Shown here: piece after piece, positions 38,959 to 52,050 of the stretch
Layout of the letters: every line of letters begins with the position of its first letter
Numbering within the stretch: the first letter of the stretch is position 1
NCBI GenBank assembly: GCA_024679065.1
Contig: JAGIQG010000012.1
Location: 55,180,001-55,244,000 of the forward strand
Length of the DNA: 64,000 nucleotides
Source: Sphyrna mokarran
Lineage: Eukaryota
Direction: 5' to 3'
Made by a program: the position numbers and the translations under genes
Notes under the pieces: model-generated
Seen by the model: the letters and a program-made list of their open reading frames with translations, nothing else
Database searches by the model: none
What the model was told of the DNA's origin: nothing

Positions 38959-40904
38959 TTTCATTTTTTCATCTTATTAGTTTTGAACCCTCTCTTTTTT
39001 TTTGTTTACCCGCCTTTCTTTTTCATACTCTTGTCACTTTTACCATTTTTCACTCTATAGGCATATATGGACTGATAAAGAGCAGAGTTAAAAATAAGGC
39101 TGCTTTTTGGATGGCTGCATAAGTATTCAGCTGGCGGAAGGAAGAAGGACATTAGTGTACTGAAATGGTTAAGTTCCAAACTATTTTGGCTGATATAAGA
39201 CTATTTGAATCTTATACCTGTTTAATTTACAACGAGTTGCAGCAAAAGTGTTACAAGTAAACATTTAACAGTCTCATAATCAATGGACTCCAGATCATGT
39301 TCCTGAATTTTGGAAATCAAGATCAGTTAAAGAATTAACTGAAATTTAAAAGCCAAAAGACAGCAGATAAAAAGAATTCAACAGATACTTCATTCCTTGT
39401 CTCATTTTTAATAATTTGTCTCAAACCATGATTTATGCTAACAGCATTTAATACACATGGTTAGTGTTTCTATTTATGATGAACAGAATTTGAAATCTAA
39501 TTTTTCCCCAATCATATCAATAATTATTAAATGTAAGCAAAATTAAAAATGGAAATGTAAAAGTCAATTTTTTAAAAACATACTCAATGGGTCTCTTAAC
39601 TACCATTTTATAGATTTAAGTTTCATTTCATGATCTTACTATTTTTAGATGAGATTCAGTCATATAATAAAATCCAGTTTTGATGCAAAATTTAGGTTGT
39701 AACTTAATTTGCGACTTGAATTGAAAAAGCAAGATGTTCAATTATTAAAGTTAACAAAAATCATATTATGACACGAAAGCAAGAATCTTTCATTTGGTAC
39801 CACTGTAATTATAGTGTATGAATTGTCTAGCAAGATAAAAATCTTTAACCTGTACATTACAAAAGAGCCATTCTAGCGAAATCCTGCCTATAGTACCAGA
39901 GGAAGGTAATAAAAAAAGAATGATTGGCTCAGAGATTTGAATCAGGTCATTTGCTAAAGAAAATTAAGATTCTGAAGGAGTTGAAGCTCGCCTGAAGGTC
40001 ATCAATTAAAAAAAACACACTGCATGGAGCTGAGGGTTAACTAGAAACTTAAGAAAAGAATTGTTTCCATAACTTCAGGCAGCACATTCTTTAATCAATA
40101 GCCTTCAAAAATGTTCACAGTTTCTTGTTAAAGCTGGGAGCTAGAAGGTAATGGTTGTTTTATATAGTTATAAGAGCTTAGAAACTTGAGTATTGTGTTT
40201 CACATAGTTTTCAACATCACCGATATAATTTTATAAAGATTGAGTTCAAAAACACATTTGTTTGCTTGAATTTAGCTCAATGGTTAATTAAATTTCATTG
40301 TTCTCTAAGGTTGATAGTTACAGATTCTAGATTGGAAAAACTGGATATTTACTCTTTGAAGCACAAGTGTGGTCCATTTTAACTTAGGACAAAATTTAAC
40401 ATACACTCATAGTCAGTCAGTCAATAGGTTGAAAATCTAGCCATTAGTGAACACAAACTGCTTTAATATGGATTTACTTTCATATACTTAACTGATTATA
40501 ATATAGAATGAATAGTGGGCGAATGGTGGGATTGCAGTATCAACCAGACTGTTATGTAAAGTGCAAAATGGAGATAAGGCCATCTGCCCAAGAAAGAGAA
40601 TCTTCGCAATTAAAAAATTTGAATAACATAAAGAAATATTGAGTATAGTAGATCAATTTTCAAATAAGTTGCTATTACTGATTTTGGGTCCCTGGTTTCA
40701 TTTCTGTGAAATAGGTGAGCAGCAGCAAGACAGGCAACAAGCTCAGCGCAATTGCAAATTGGGTTACTACAATCAATAGCAGATCTCAGATAAATGAGGT
40801 AGGAGGATAGTACGAGCACTCACTGGTTGGAAGTTGGATGGCCAGGCCTTAGACTTGGGACAGAGGATGTGTACGTGTGGGGGTGGGGAACTAAGTAAAG
40901 CAAA

Positions 40905-41445
40905 GAATTACTACATTGCAGGAAGAGACCACTTGGCCCACTGAATCTGCACAGACTATGATCCCATGCAGGCTCTATCCCGGTAGCACCATGTATTTAC
41001 TCTACTGATCTCCCTGACACTAAAAGGCAAAACAGCGTGGCCAATCAACCTAATCTGCACTCCATTGGACAGTAGGGAGAAACTGGAAACCTGGAGGAAA
41101 ACTGAGCAGACACAGGATGAATATGCAAACTCCGCACATGATGTGGAGATGCTGACGTTGGACTGAGGTAAACACAGTAAGAAGTCTCATAACATCAAAT
41201 TAAAGTCCAACAGGTTTATTTGGTAACACAAGCCACTAGCTTTTGGAGCACTGTTCCTTCATCAGGAGTTGAAGGGGCAACACTCTGAAAGCTAGTGACT
41301 TGTGTTACCAAATAAACCTGTTGGACTTTAACCTGGTGTTGTGAGACTTCTTACTATATAAACTTCATACAGACAGCCACTCAAGGCTGGAATTGAATCT
41401 AGGTCCATGGCACTATGATTCAGCAGTACTAACTACTGTGCCATC
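40905..41445 (-). mobile_element. HE1-type V-SINE interrupted by a palindromic PLE
   Basis: SINE body on both sides of 41138-41355; aaactccgcaca / aaacttcataca is a degenerate target duplication. Confidence 0.8.
41138..41355. mobile_element. Palindromic Penelope-derived element with degenerate hammerheads
   Basis: agtaagaagtctcataacatc..aacaggtttatttggtaacacaag / cttgtgttaccaaataaacctgtt..gtgagacttcttact inverted arms. Confidence 0.85.
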
Positions 41446-43499
41446 TTGGGGAGTGACAGATTTGTGTTCTCTAAACGTGGGGAATGGAGGAACATTATTG
41501 TCAGCTTACATTATTTGTCATATCACAATTATGAAAATCAAATTAAAAACACTAGCCAATAACATCACATCTCAAAACTGTTTCACGATATTGGTCTAAA
41601 CAATTTCTATATTTTAGAATAAAACCACAATCTTTCACTTTTGAATTCATTAATTATGCACCCTTGAGAAGTTCAGTGAATCTCATGGTAGGATGGACAG
41701 AAAATGGTCAGTCCCACCATTACTCTCAAGGAGTCAAAAGGTCCTGATGCCATATTAAAGGGACACCTGGACAGACATGCATTCTTGCAGGCCAGAAGCT
41801 ACACATTATTCCTACAGAGTTTTTGTGCCTGTAGCTTGTACTGGAGAAGCTGGCAAAAGTGAGCAACCACATCTCAAATATACCAGGGCGCCTTCAACAG
41901 TGCCTTTCGCTCATTGCTAGTTATAAGCACCACCTGCTAGACCAATGCTTATTGTTGCAGAGTCCCATCTTCACTAGAATCTTCACTTTATAAAGGCCTC
42001 TTGCTACTCAGATGTTTGCTCCTTCTTACCTTATGCCAAACTGCGACAGATGCCTCTCTTCATCTGAATGAGAGCGATTCCTAAGGCACAGTTGCCTGCA
42101 GCCTGTATCATCAATGCCTCAGAGGATGTCTGGAAGTGAGCATGCCCTTTACAGATTTCCCTCTATTTCAAAGCCAACAGGCAAGTGCTAAGGTATTCAT
42201 CTGGCCTCTGTCTAGACAGCACACCCCTCTTCCTTCCAGGTGAAGGATATCCTGGAGGACGGAGTCTGATGTTCCTCCTGTCAATGCATGAATGCATGTG
42301 GAAACATTGCTCTTTGACCAGCGTAATGAAAGCCATGTGCAAGAAGCGTTAAACGGACATTAAATGATAAGTTTCCTTCTTATCTGCACTACCCTTGAAA
42401 ACAGACAGAAACTATTGCCTTGGCAGCATAGGAAAACTAATCTCCTGATCCATGAATCACCCGATGTCTCCAAGGAGAAAGCAACATCTACATACCTCAA
42501 TGTTGTTGATTGAGTGAAGGTGCATGCCACTCATATATTGTGAGGAATCAGACTGTTCTTATTATCCACTGGCAGAGCACCTAATTTGGAGTAGGAATAT
42601 CGGACTCCAGTCTCCAGGATATCCTTCACCTAGAAGGAATGGGGACGTTTAGATGGAGGCCAGTTGGCCATCTAATAAGCATTCATGAGATTCAAACAGA
42701 GAAATTCAGAGTCGGGAGAACAAAATTCCAAACTAATTTTCCACTGGCAGAAAACTGTCTTTTGCCAACACATCAAATATGGTGTCCCTGCTTACCACAA
42801 TTCCCACTGTAGGAATCATTAGATGCGGAATGGAAAATTTGACAGAGCAGCAACAAGTCAACTGATTTTGGGTAGGAATTTCTGGTTCCACGATGAGCAG
42901 GATTAGAAAATCCCACTCTATATCTTCTCAAAGCAAACTATTTAGGTTAATCCTTAACCAGCTTTGGATATCTTCTATTTGAGCTCATTTCATGTCAAAA
43001 TATGCACATTAAGTCATTTTGATATTCATATCATTAATAGTACAAATGATGTACCATTTAACACAGCCCGAGCATGCCATCCTTCTCTGCTTATTCCTGT
43101 ACAACATCATTGCATTGTGTTTTTATTCTACTTGTCTAAATATAGTCAGTCCATTATCAGCACTAAATCATTTTCGTAACTTGCACTGCAGTCTTCAAAT
43201 GTATATTTTTTACTCCTGTTCACTCTTCATCTATTTATTGTTTCTCAATGACAACTTCCACAAGTGTAAAATTAGAACCCAGGGCTAGATCTTACACAGC
43301 CTGTTGCAGTGGAAACCACAGCAGTCAAGCATGATCAATTTTGAGAGAGACCTCACTTTAACCTCCCAGTGGCGGCAAAACCTTTCCTGGTTAAGCTGGA
43401 AGCTGGAATCAACTGACACAAGATTCGCAGCTGCTATTGGCAAGATCAACTCGGCTAATTAATGAACCAATTGATGTCCGTTATCGCTACGCAGTTTAG

Positions 43500-43770
43500 T
43501 AGGGTGAGAATGAAAGAATACGCATTTAAGGTAGCTGATAAAAGAAGGAAGGGAAACTTTTGTGTGGAGTGATTGCTTAAGGTCCAGAATGAACTACTTG
43601 AGATTGTGGAAGAGAACGATTGAACTTTCAAAGGAGAATTGGATGAATACCTGAAGAGAAAATATTTGCAATGTCGCAAAGGTGGAGGAGTGGGACAAAT
43701 TGAGTTGCTCTTGCAGAGAGCTGGCATGGAGACAACAGACCAACTAGTCTCCTTCTGGGCTGTAGACATT
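43500..43770 (+). mobile_element. CR1 3' tail
   Basis: ttcaaaggagaattggatgaatacctgaagag..gagttgctcttgcagagagctggcatgga. Confidence 0.75.
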
Positions 43771-44859
43771 TGCCTATTTTCACTCTCTCCCCATTTGTAG
43801 TACTTTTGGTGTAGTTCCCTGGTCATTTTCCCAATTCAATCTTCTCTTGAAATTTTATACCTATTTCCAGATCAGATAGCATCTTTTAATATCTCTCTTT
43901 GGAAAATGGAAAAGTCAGTTGCATAACACACACAAAATGAACAAAGAGATAATTATAGTAGTGGGATTATATACTTTGCAAAACTCTTTATCTCCTTTTA
44001 TGTAATACTTGTGTGGCATAACTTTGTTGAATAAAGAAAATCAGACTCTGCACTTCATCATGCCTACATAAGTTAGCAGATTTGGTTGAAGATCCTGTTT
44101 AATCATTCTGTTCATGAAACATTCTCTTATCAGTTATTATTTCCACATTTTTTTCATATATGCCATTCTCTTATTTTTGTTCTGTAGAATCCTAATTCAC
44201 TCTTCAACACTGAACTTGTCCCATGTCTGAAAAACTACATTGAGGTTTCTCCAAAAGTATTTTCAAAGTTTTGTAATTTTGTCTGAAGAACTGGGCACAC
44301 ATTATGCCCTAATTATGTATTTGGTTGACTTTATTTAACCATTTTAGTTTGAAACTTGATTAACATTTTCAATTCTTCAAATAATTTTGCAAACTTGTTT
44401 CTACGACTAAACTGACATAATATCCATGTTTAACAATGTATGTTATAAGGCTGATAAGGAGACCTTGTATTTAGATTCAACTGCTTGTAATTATGAATAC
44501 ATTACAATTGAAATGGACTTTGGATTGATTGCTAAGGTTTTAGTTTGTATGCTTTTTTTTTTACATAAAGTGATATAACATTGTTATGGAAGACTTTTCT
44601 TTGCTAGTTGTTAAGGTATCTGTTCTCCAAGGCATTATTACTGAACAGAAGCTAGTCTTGACAGCTGAAGGAAAGCATATACAGGATCTGTAACTTAATT
44701 TGCACACTTAAGCATCTTGTTCTTGTATTTTTTTACTTTGCATGCTCTACAAGTGATAAAGACTGCTTACTCAAAAAAGTGAACATTATTTGCCAAAGGA
44801 TAAAAGTCCTACCATCAGAATATATAATAAGTTGTCACCTTGGAGCTCAATTAGCACTC

Positions 44860-45420
44860 ATGTAAAAACCAGGCGTGTAAGGAGGAATGAGGTGCTGACA
44901 TTATCTCTGCCAGCTAGATAATTACACCACCTTCATTTAGCAGTAGGGCAACACTACTGTAGCAACAAATTAACTCAAGCCCATTTGCAATTCATGGTGT
45001 GCTTTCTCATTTAATGCCATTTGTCTTACCCCAAGTGAACAATTTTCATTTTTTTTTGCTCCAGAAATGTAATAGCTCAGTTTGACTCCGAACATTACAT
45101 CATCAACATCTTCCAGCTTCACTGTAAAACACATTCCAGTACAATTAGATAACTTATTCCTGCTTCCTTTAAATGGAAAGTGATGGCGCATTATCAGCCC
45201 CATCATGCTGAACCCTTATCCGCCAGATGTCCTCTCCTCTCACCCTCTGGCTATTCTTTGTGTGAAAGAGATTAGTGCAATAGCACACTGTTTCACTGTA
45301 TTAGTCGGCCTGTTCTATTTGCAGAGCCCTTTGTTGACACAAACTATGGAAAGTTGCATTTGAAGCAATAAATAATCTTTGTCAGCTAAAAGGGCATTGC
45401 AACAATATTCAGAACCTGGG
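44860..45420. promoter_or_regulatory. Candidate deeply conserved non-coding element / developmental enhancer
   Basis: ~560 bp with no recognisable repeat; dense TAAT/CAATTA, AACAAT, CTTTGT, TGACA and CAGATG motifs; CpGs retained in CpG-poor surroundings. Confidence 0.55.
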
Positions 45421-46239
45421 TTTTCAATGAGGCACTGAATGCAGAGACTAATGAAGTGGCTGAAAAATACTGTTTCTGAAAAGACAGGCTCTGTTGAAAT
45501 CTCTACCCTTTTGCTGGTTTTGAAAAGAAACTCATGAATGCTCGGTTGAAAGTCACCCTTATCTTACGAGACTAGATGACCTGTGATAATCCTTCAGCCA
45601 CTTTGAGATGGCATTTGCTTTTGCTCATTACACTTACACAAAGATCACAGATTTATTGGTAAGTTTTTTGCGATTTTTTTGCAAATTTAATTAAATCAAA
45701 TGACAGACGAAATAGATGAAAGAACACATTGCCTTATCAAGTCTTATTTTACTGGAGTAAATAGCACAATATTAATAGAAGTGTTAAGGAAAAAAATGTG
45801 GGCAGTCTTATGGGGGAACCACCAAATATACAATCTATAGGTAAAGTGAAAAGCCACTTAATATGAAGCCCTGCATAAGTTTATTATTTTAGTATTACTT
45901 GTAAAGTAGTTGACCCAGGAGGTTAGCTGTTACGCCTACCTGTAAAGCTCACTCCAATCAAAGCAGAAAATACATATAGTTTACCAAAATCATACTTTTT
46001 TCACTTCTATGGCTTTGATAAGTTGTTAAGGAGGACTTCTTATGATCAACGATGCAAGGTAGTTGACACGACAAATTATATTCAAACCAGATGTATTTAA
46101 CACCAAAAATTATATACAGTTATTTATTTACAATAAAGGATCTTCACTAAAATGCAGTTGGTTGATGTTAAACTTGAAAATATTTCTATCAATCTACAAT
46201 CAATATCCAACTCGGTAACATTACTTGAATCAATCTGTA

Positions 46240-46836
46240 CTTCAGTTCTTGTGCTGCTGAAACCTCATCCTTTCCTTTGTTAGCTTTAGACTTCACAACT
46301 TCAACACACCCCGGGCTAGCCTCCCATCTGATACTTAATAAACTGGAACCCATCTATAACTCTGCTGCCCCTATCCTAACTCTCACCATGTCCCATTCAC
46401 CCATCATCCTTTGCTTGCTGATCAATTTGCTTGCTGATCAACCTGGCTTCAGGTTGAGCAACATCTCCACTTTAAAATTCCCATTTAGTTTTCAAATTCC
46501 TCTTCCCTTCCCATCTTGTAACCTCCCCCAGCCCTTCAATCCCCTTGGTGCTCCTCCAATTCTGGCCTCTTGCACATACCTGATTTTAAATCACTCCATC
46601 ATTGGTAAGTGTGCCATCAGTTGCCAAGGTCCAAAGAACCAAAATTTCCTTCCTGAACAACTCAACCTCTTTACCTCTCTTTCTTCTTTTATGATGCTCC
46701 TTCAAAATCTACTTCTTTGACTAAACCCTTTGGTTATCTGCCTTAATATCTTCTGAAGAGGCACAGTGCCAAATTGAGCACTCCTGTAAAGGATGCTTGG
46801 ACATTACAGGCACTGTATAAATGCAAGTTGTTGTTG
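46240..46836 (+). mobile_element. L2 LINE 3' end
   Basis: aactctgctgcccctatcctaactc..cccattcacccatc body; tail gcactgtataaatgcaagttgttgttgt; explains ORF 46277-46720. Confidence 0.85.
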
Positions 46837-46989
46837 TAAGGAGCAACTAAAATTTCCCTGTTAATTTAGATCAACTTGCCAGGAAATAACTCTCTGGATT
46901 TGGCAGTGAAAATTTAAGTGTAATAACTACTATTCAGCACGTAATAGTCTCACTGCTGACATAATTTTTTAAATGTTGGTCTAAAAGTA

Positions 46990-47050
46990 CTAGATATATT
47001 CCAAACATATAAAATAGCAAATAGCTATTTTATGTTTGGAATATATCTAG
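46990..47050. repeat. Near-perfect 27-bp hairpin
   Basis: ctagatatattccaaaca(ta)taaaatagc-aaata-gctattttatgtttggaatatatctag. Confidence 0.95.
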
Positions 47051-47635
47051 CTATTTTCTGGCTACTGGTAAAATTATACAAGAATGATCTCTTTCCAATA
47101 ATATTAAACATCACAAAAGAGCTGGGAAACAACTACTGAAGTCAAATGTCTGTGAAATTGTTGCCCAAATGTCTGCCATTGCTTCTTTTGTCAGCCCATG
47201 GACATTTGAGTCAAGTTTTCAGTATATTGAAGGAATAGACACAACAACTGATTATTAATAAAGGAGATCTGAGATGCTGTTCTGTGAGAAATTATAGGCT
47301 TCAAAGAATTAAATAATCAAACTATTAGACTTTCATGCTATTAACAGAAATCAGTCTATACTGTTCTCAAAGTCCAACTCAAACAAGCAATTCCTATGCT
47401 AACCTGTGATAGCTGGCTGTAAAACAATTGTGCTGCTAGGATACTTGTAAATATTTCATATTCTCCCAATTTGCACTAGATACAGAATTCAATTATAATT
47501 TTCTAAAGGAAAGAGCTTATGTTGTACATATTTCAATATCACAACAGACAGAAATCTCCATAATCTCACACTGTCAATGCCATACATCTATTCAAAAATT
47601 AAAGATTCTTTATTGTGTACTGATAGGACATCATA

Positions 47636-47860
47636 TAACATAAGAAACAGGAACAGCAGTAAGCCATGCAGCCCGTCAAGCCTGCTCTATCATTCAGTAT
47701 GATCACAACTGATCTTCACTCCACTCCCCATATCTCTTTAATTCTCTGAGAACATAAAATCTCTCTATATCAGCTTTAACAAATTCAATTATAGAGGATC
47801 CACAGCCCTTTGGAACACAGAATTTCAAAGATTCACAGTCGCTTAAGTGAAGGAATTTCG
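47636..47860 (-). mobile_element. CR1 3' tail
   Basis: taacataagaaacaggaacagcagtaagccatgcagcccgtcaagcctgctc. Confidence 0.8.
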
Positions 47861-49839
47861 TTTTTTTTTAATTCATTCATAGGGTGAGGGTTCGGCCAAT
47901 ATTTTTTGCCCATGCCCAATTTCCTTCGAGAAGCTGAAGGTGTGCTTCCACTATTTCTGTTGTTAAAAGTAACATATTTTCTTTTCACGTGGGAAATCAG
48001 CATAAGATTTGTTGTGTGAGAATCCACTCTACCCCAACAGTCTGTCTTTGATCCTGGTCGATTGGATAATTAAATATTTTAAGTGGCTCAAGGCAGGATT
48101 CTGTTCAATAGCCATCTTGGGAAGGGGTGGGATAAAGGAAAGGAAACTGCTTTAGTGGGCTTGCTGCAGCATTATTGGAGTAGCTGAACAGATGCTTTTA
48201 ATCTTAGTAAAGACTGAAAAAACACAAGTATGATAGAACAAAGTTAATAAATCTGCAAGTATTTGAATTTCTTTGAGGTCATGAAAATTTATATTTTCAC
48301 ACCCCACACTATACTTCTGCAACAAATCAGGAATATTTGCTGTTTGTACAATCCAACTCGACTAAGTGGCAAATTACCAGATTCCTCTTTCTTCAGATCA
48401 TGCAGGATGGTTAACACCTGCAAAAAGCATTGCTCAGTTCACAGCTTTCCCTACATGCAGGCACCATGAGGCAGCAAACCTGGCCTTAGCAACTGAGGAA
48501 GTTAGCTGATCATTGTCCTTTTGATGCTAGCTGCACTTAATCATATTTACTTCTACTTAGTGCTCTTGGCACTTGTGAACTTCCCCATAATGGATGTATT
48601 TGGTGTCTGCACACAGTGCAGTGAACTGCTAGTTTGATGTTATAAGTTAAACCACCTTGGTCTACCAGACGTATAATATAAAGTATGAAAAAAGGTTGTC
48701 CAGTGATCAGATGATGAGTAATTGGACCAATGTTCTCTTGTGGTAGACTCCAAGAACATTTAAACAGTGTCACTGTTATTTTAAATTTGTCATTTTATTC
48801 CACATTGTACTTTGTTTTGCAGTTTTATGTTGTAAGCAATCAAACAAAATTAGAAAGTAAGTAAGGATAATACGTGCCTCAAATTTTAGGAAAACCGGGA
48901 TCTCCTCATTTCTCACTTTCCTTGACTTGATTTTGAAGACTATCAAGCATTGAGTCAAGAGCTAGTAATTGGGATGTTCTCCCAATACCACTACACTTGA
49001 TAAATCTTTGCTCTAGTCTGCTTTGTGTGGTCCCTTTTTCTTTCAAAGCATGTAAAAGGTGCAGATTTTGGAACAGCATATGCAATACTCAAGTCTGCAT
49101 GTTATCTTGTGAAAACCGGTGAAAATTCTGTTTGTGAATGCAGAATACTTTATGGAGGCATAAATGTAAGATTTGTGTATAATTTTATAAGCATATTTCA
49201 ACAACAACTGTCCACCAACAATGACATGAATATATGAAAAAGCTGAAAGGTTGCAAGAGTACTTTGCAGCTACTGGAGTGAGATCTATGGCCATATACTT
49301 TGAGTTGGTGAAATGTATACTTTTAGCTTGACAATCTTTTAGAGGTCTAAAATACATTTTCTTCATTTCCTATGAACATGGAAGACTGAATTCATTTGTT
49401 CAGCCACATCTATTCAGGCATTTTAGACACCGCCTGTTAGAATAATTCCAGTCAGTTTCTAAGAGAACAACCTTCATTTGCTGAATACTGTTTCCGAACC
49501 AAACAATCCTGTTTCTCTCTTCTGTCCAATACTGTTGACAAACCTAATTCATGATTTGCTCCCGTTTTACTTCAAATTAAGCAGCATCTCTTTAAAAGTT
49601 ATTTCACTATTTACAGTTCCTGAAAGATCTGCTAACTTGGCAGGGAGCATATTCGAGCTATTTGACAGTGTATTGGGAGCAGAATTTGCATCCTACAACA
49701 TAAAATTTATTTTCTTTTTCTCAAATCTTGATTTGTACAACCAGTTTATTACTGTTTGTTTCACTCTTAGTGAATGTTCACAAATTGATCTGAACTCTGA
49801 GTTCCGGGGGGAGGGGAAGACTAAATAGCATAATATTTA

Positions 49840-51280
49840 GAAATATAGAAAATATTCAACTCATTGTGTTTATGCTGGCAAAAAAGAGTACCTAACCTAA
49901 GTCCACTTTCCAACTCTTCATCTTTGGTCCTGCAGATTAAGCATACTTTAAAAAAAGTTGCTACAAGGATTTCTGCCTCTACTATCCGTTCAGGCAGTGA
50001 GTTCCACACCTCTACCACTCTTTAGGTGAAAGCATTTCTCAATTTCCTCATAATATTCTACCAATTATTTTAACTAAATTTTCCTACTTATTGACTTTTT
50101 CCTATCCACTCCAAGTGAGCCCTATATAATTTTATACATCTTAATTAAATCTCCCGAGCTTCCTTTGTTCCTAAGAAAACAACTCCAGTCTATTCAGTAC
50201 ATCTTCATAGCTCCAGTGCAGGCAACATCTTTGCAAAGCTCCAGTATACTGTCTCTCCTTCCAATAATGCAGGGATTGTACATGATTGTGGCCTAACTGG
50301 TGTTTTCTACAGTTCTAGCCCAACTTCTCTGTCATTATATTCTATAGCCCAGCTTCTAAGTAAAATATCCCATAAGCCTTTTTAACCACTTTACCTACCA
50401 GCTCTGGAACCTTCAGGGATCTGTGGACTTGAAATCGCAAGATCTCTCTGTTCCTCCACACTTCTCAGTATTCTATCATTTGCTGCAGGTTGTCTTGTTT
50501 GTTCTTCCCAAATGCATTATCTCACACTTCTCCAAATTGAATTTCACGTCACTTTTTTTCACCTGATCAGTCCATTAAACTTTCTTCCACACTATCAAGC
50601 ATACATCCATTTTTTCTATCTGCGAACTTCTTAGTCATTCCATTCTATTGACACCTATTGTAAAAAAAAGATCTAGTGTTGAGTCCTGTGGCACCACACT
50701 AATCACAGCATTCTGGTCAGAAAAACACCCACTATTACCCTTTGCTTCCTGCCACTGAACCAATTTTGGGTCCGATTTGCTATTCTTTCTTGGGTCTGAG
50801 GGGCTTTTGCTTTTCTGGTCAATTTGTCATGTTGTACCTTATCAAAAGTCTTGGTAAAATCCATGTGGACATGAAACACAGGATCCTCGTTGACCTTCCT
50901 TGCTATTTCTTCAAAAATTCAATCAAATTAGTCAGACATGACCTCCCTTTAATAATTCCATGCTGACTGCCCTCGATTAATTCTTGCCTCACCAAATGAC
51001 GATTTGTATTGTCCCTTAGAATGTTTCCAATTATTTGCCTGCTGCTGAGGTTAGGCTGGAGTGGCCTGTAATTACTCAGTCTATCCCACCTTCCCTCTTT
51101 AAGCAATGGTAAAGTGTTAACAGTCTTTCAGTCTTCCAGCATCACACCTGTAGCTAGAGAGGACTGTGAAATGATGATCATTGATTCTGTTCTTTATTTC
51201 CTCACGTTGCATATCAACCTGAGATAAATTACATCCGGGCTTGGCAAATTATCTATTTTCAATGAAGTTAAATCCCTAAT
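49840..51280 (-). mobile_element. CR1 LINE RT and 3' fragment
   Basis: ORF 50903-51106 NYRP...SQHGIIKGRSCLTNLIEF; ORF 49821-50018 VWNSLPERIVEA. Confidence 0.9.
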
Positions 51281-51299
51281 ATTTTATGCCAGGCAAGAT

Positions 51300-52050
51300 C
51301 CATCTCTAAAGTGAGCATCCAAACATCTCCCTTGACATTCAATGGCATCATCATTGTTGAATCCACCCACCCCCCCACCCACTAGCAACTAGCAACATTT
51401 ATCATTGACCAGAAACTGAACTTAATTGGACATAGGAATACAGAGGCTATAAGTCACAGGTTGGAACTTGGATAGTAACTCACCTCCTGATGCCCCACAA
51501 CCTGTCCAAGGCCCAAGTCAAGAATATTGTAAAATGCTCTCTACTTTGCCTGGATAACTGCACCTCCAACAAGCTTGATATTATCTAGCAGAATAAAGCA
51601 ACTTGCTTGACTGGCACCACATCCACCACTTTCATCATTTACTCTCTTTACCAACAGCGTACAATTGCAACATTTTTACTGTCTTGGACTCAGTATTCAG
51701 CAGTTTCAGACTGTAATTTGTCACCATTTATGATTTTTTTTTGCATATTTTGGTCTTAATCTAATGTTTGAACTGAGGTGAGGAGAAGTTTCTTGGTCAC
51801 TTAAAATACCCTGTAACTCCGCTGTAAACATTACTTAGTTTTCCATGCCATACACTCCTTCCAGGTGAAACACTGATTTGCACATACTTCATCAATAATG
51901 TACAATTGCAGTAGTGTGTACCACTTTATAATACACTGCAGCAACTCATCAAGGTTTCTTTGACAGCATCTTCCAAATTCATGGCTTTGGCCACCTAGAG
52001 GACAAGGTAGTAGATACGTGGGAACACTACCACCTGCAAGTCATACGGCA
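51300..52050 (+). mobile_element. CR1-clade LINE fragment (same family as 23640-24795) carrying a foreign insert at 51676-51890
   Basis: cccttgacattcaatggcatc..attgaccagaaactgaa..caccacctgcaagtc aligns with 24130-24575. Confidence 0.75.

Noticed and set aside
46277-46720. 147-aa ORF
   Set aside because: Lies within a decayed L2 3' end; pyrimidine-rich sequence is poor in stop codons
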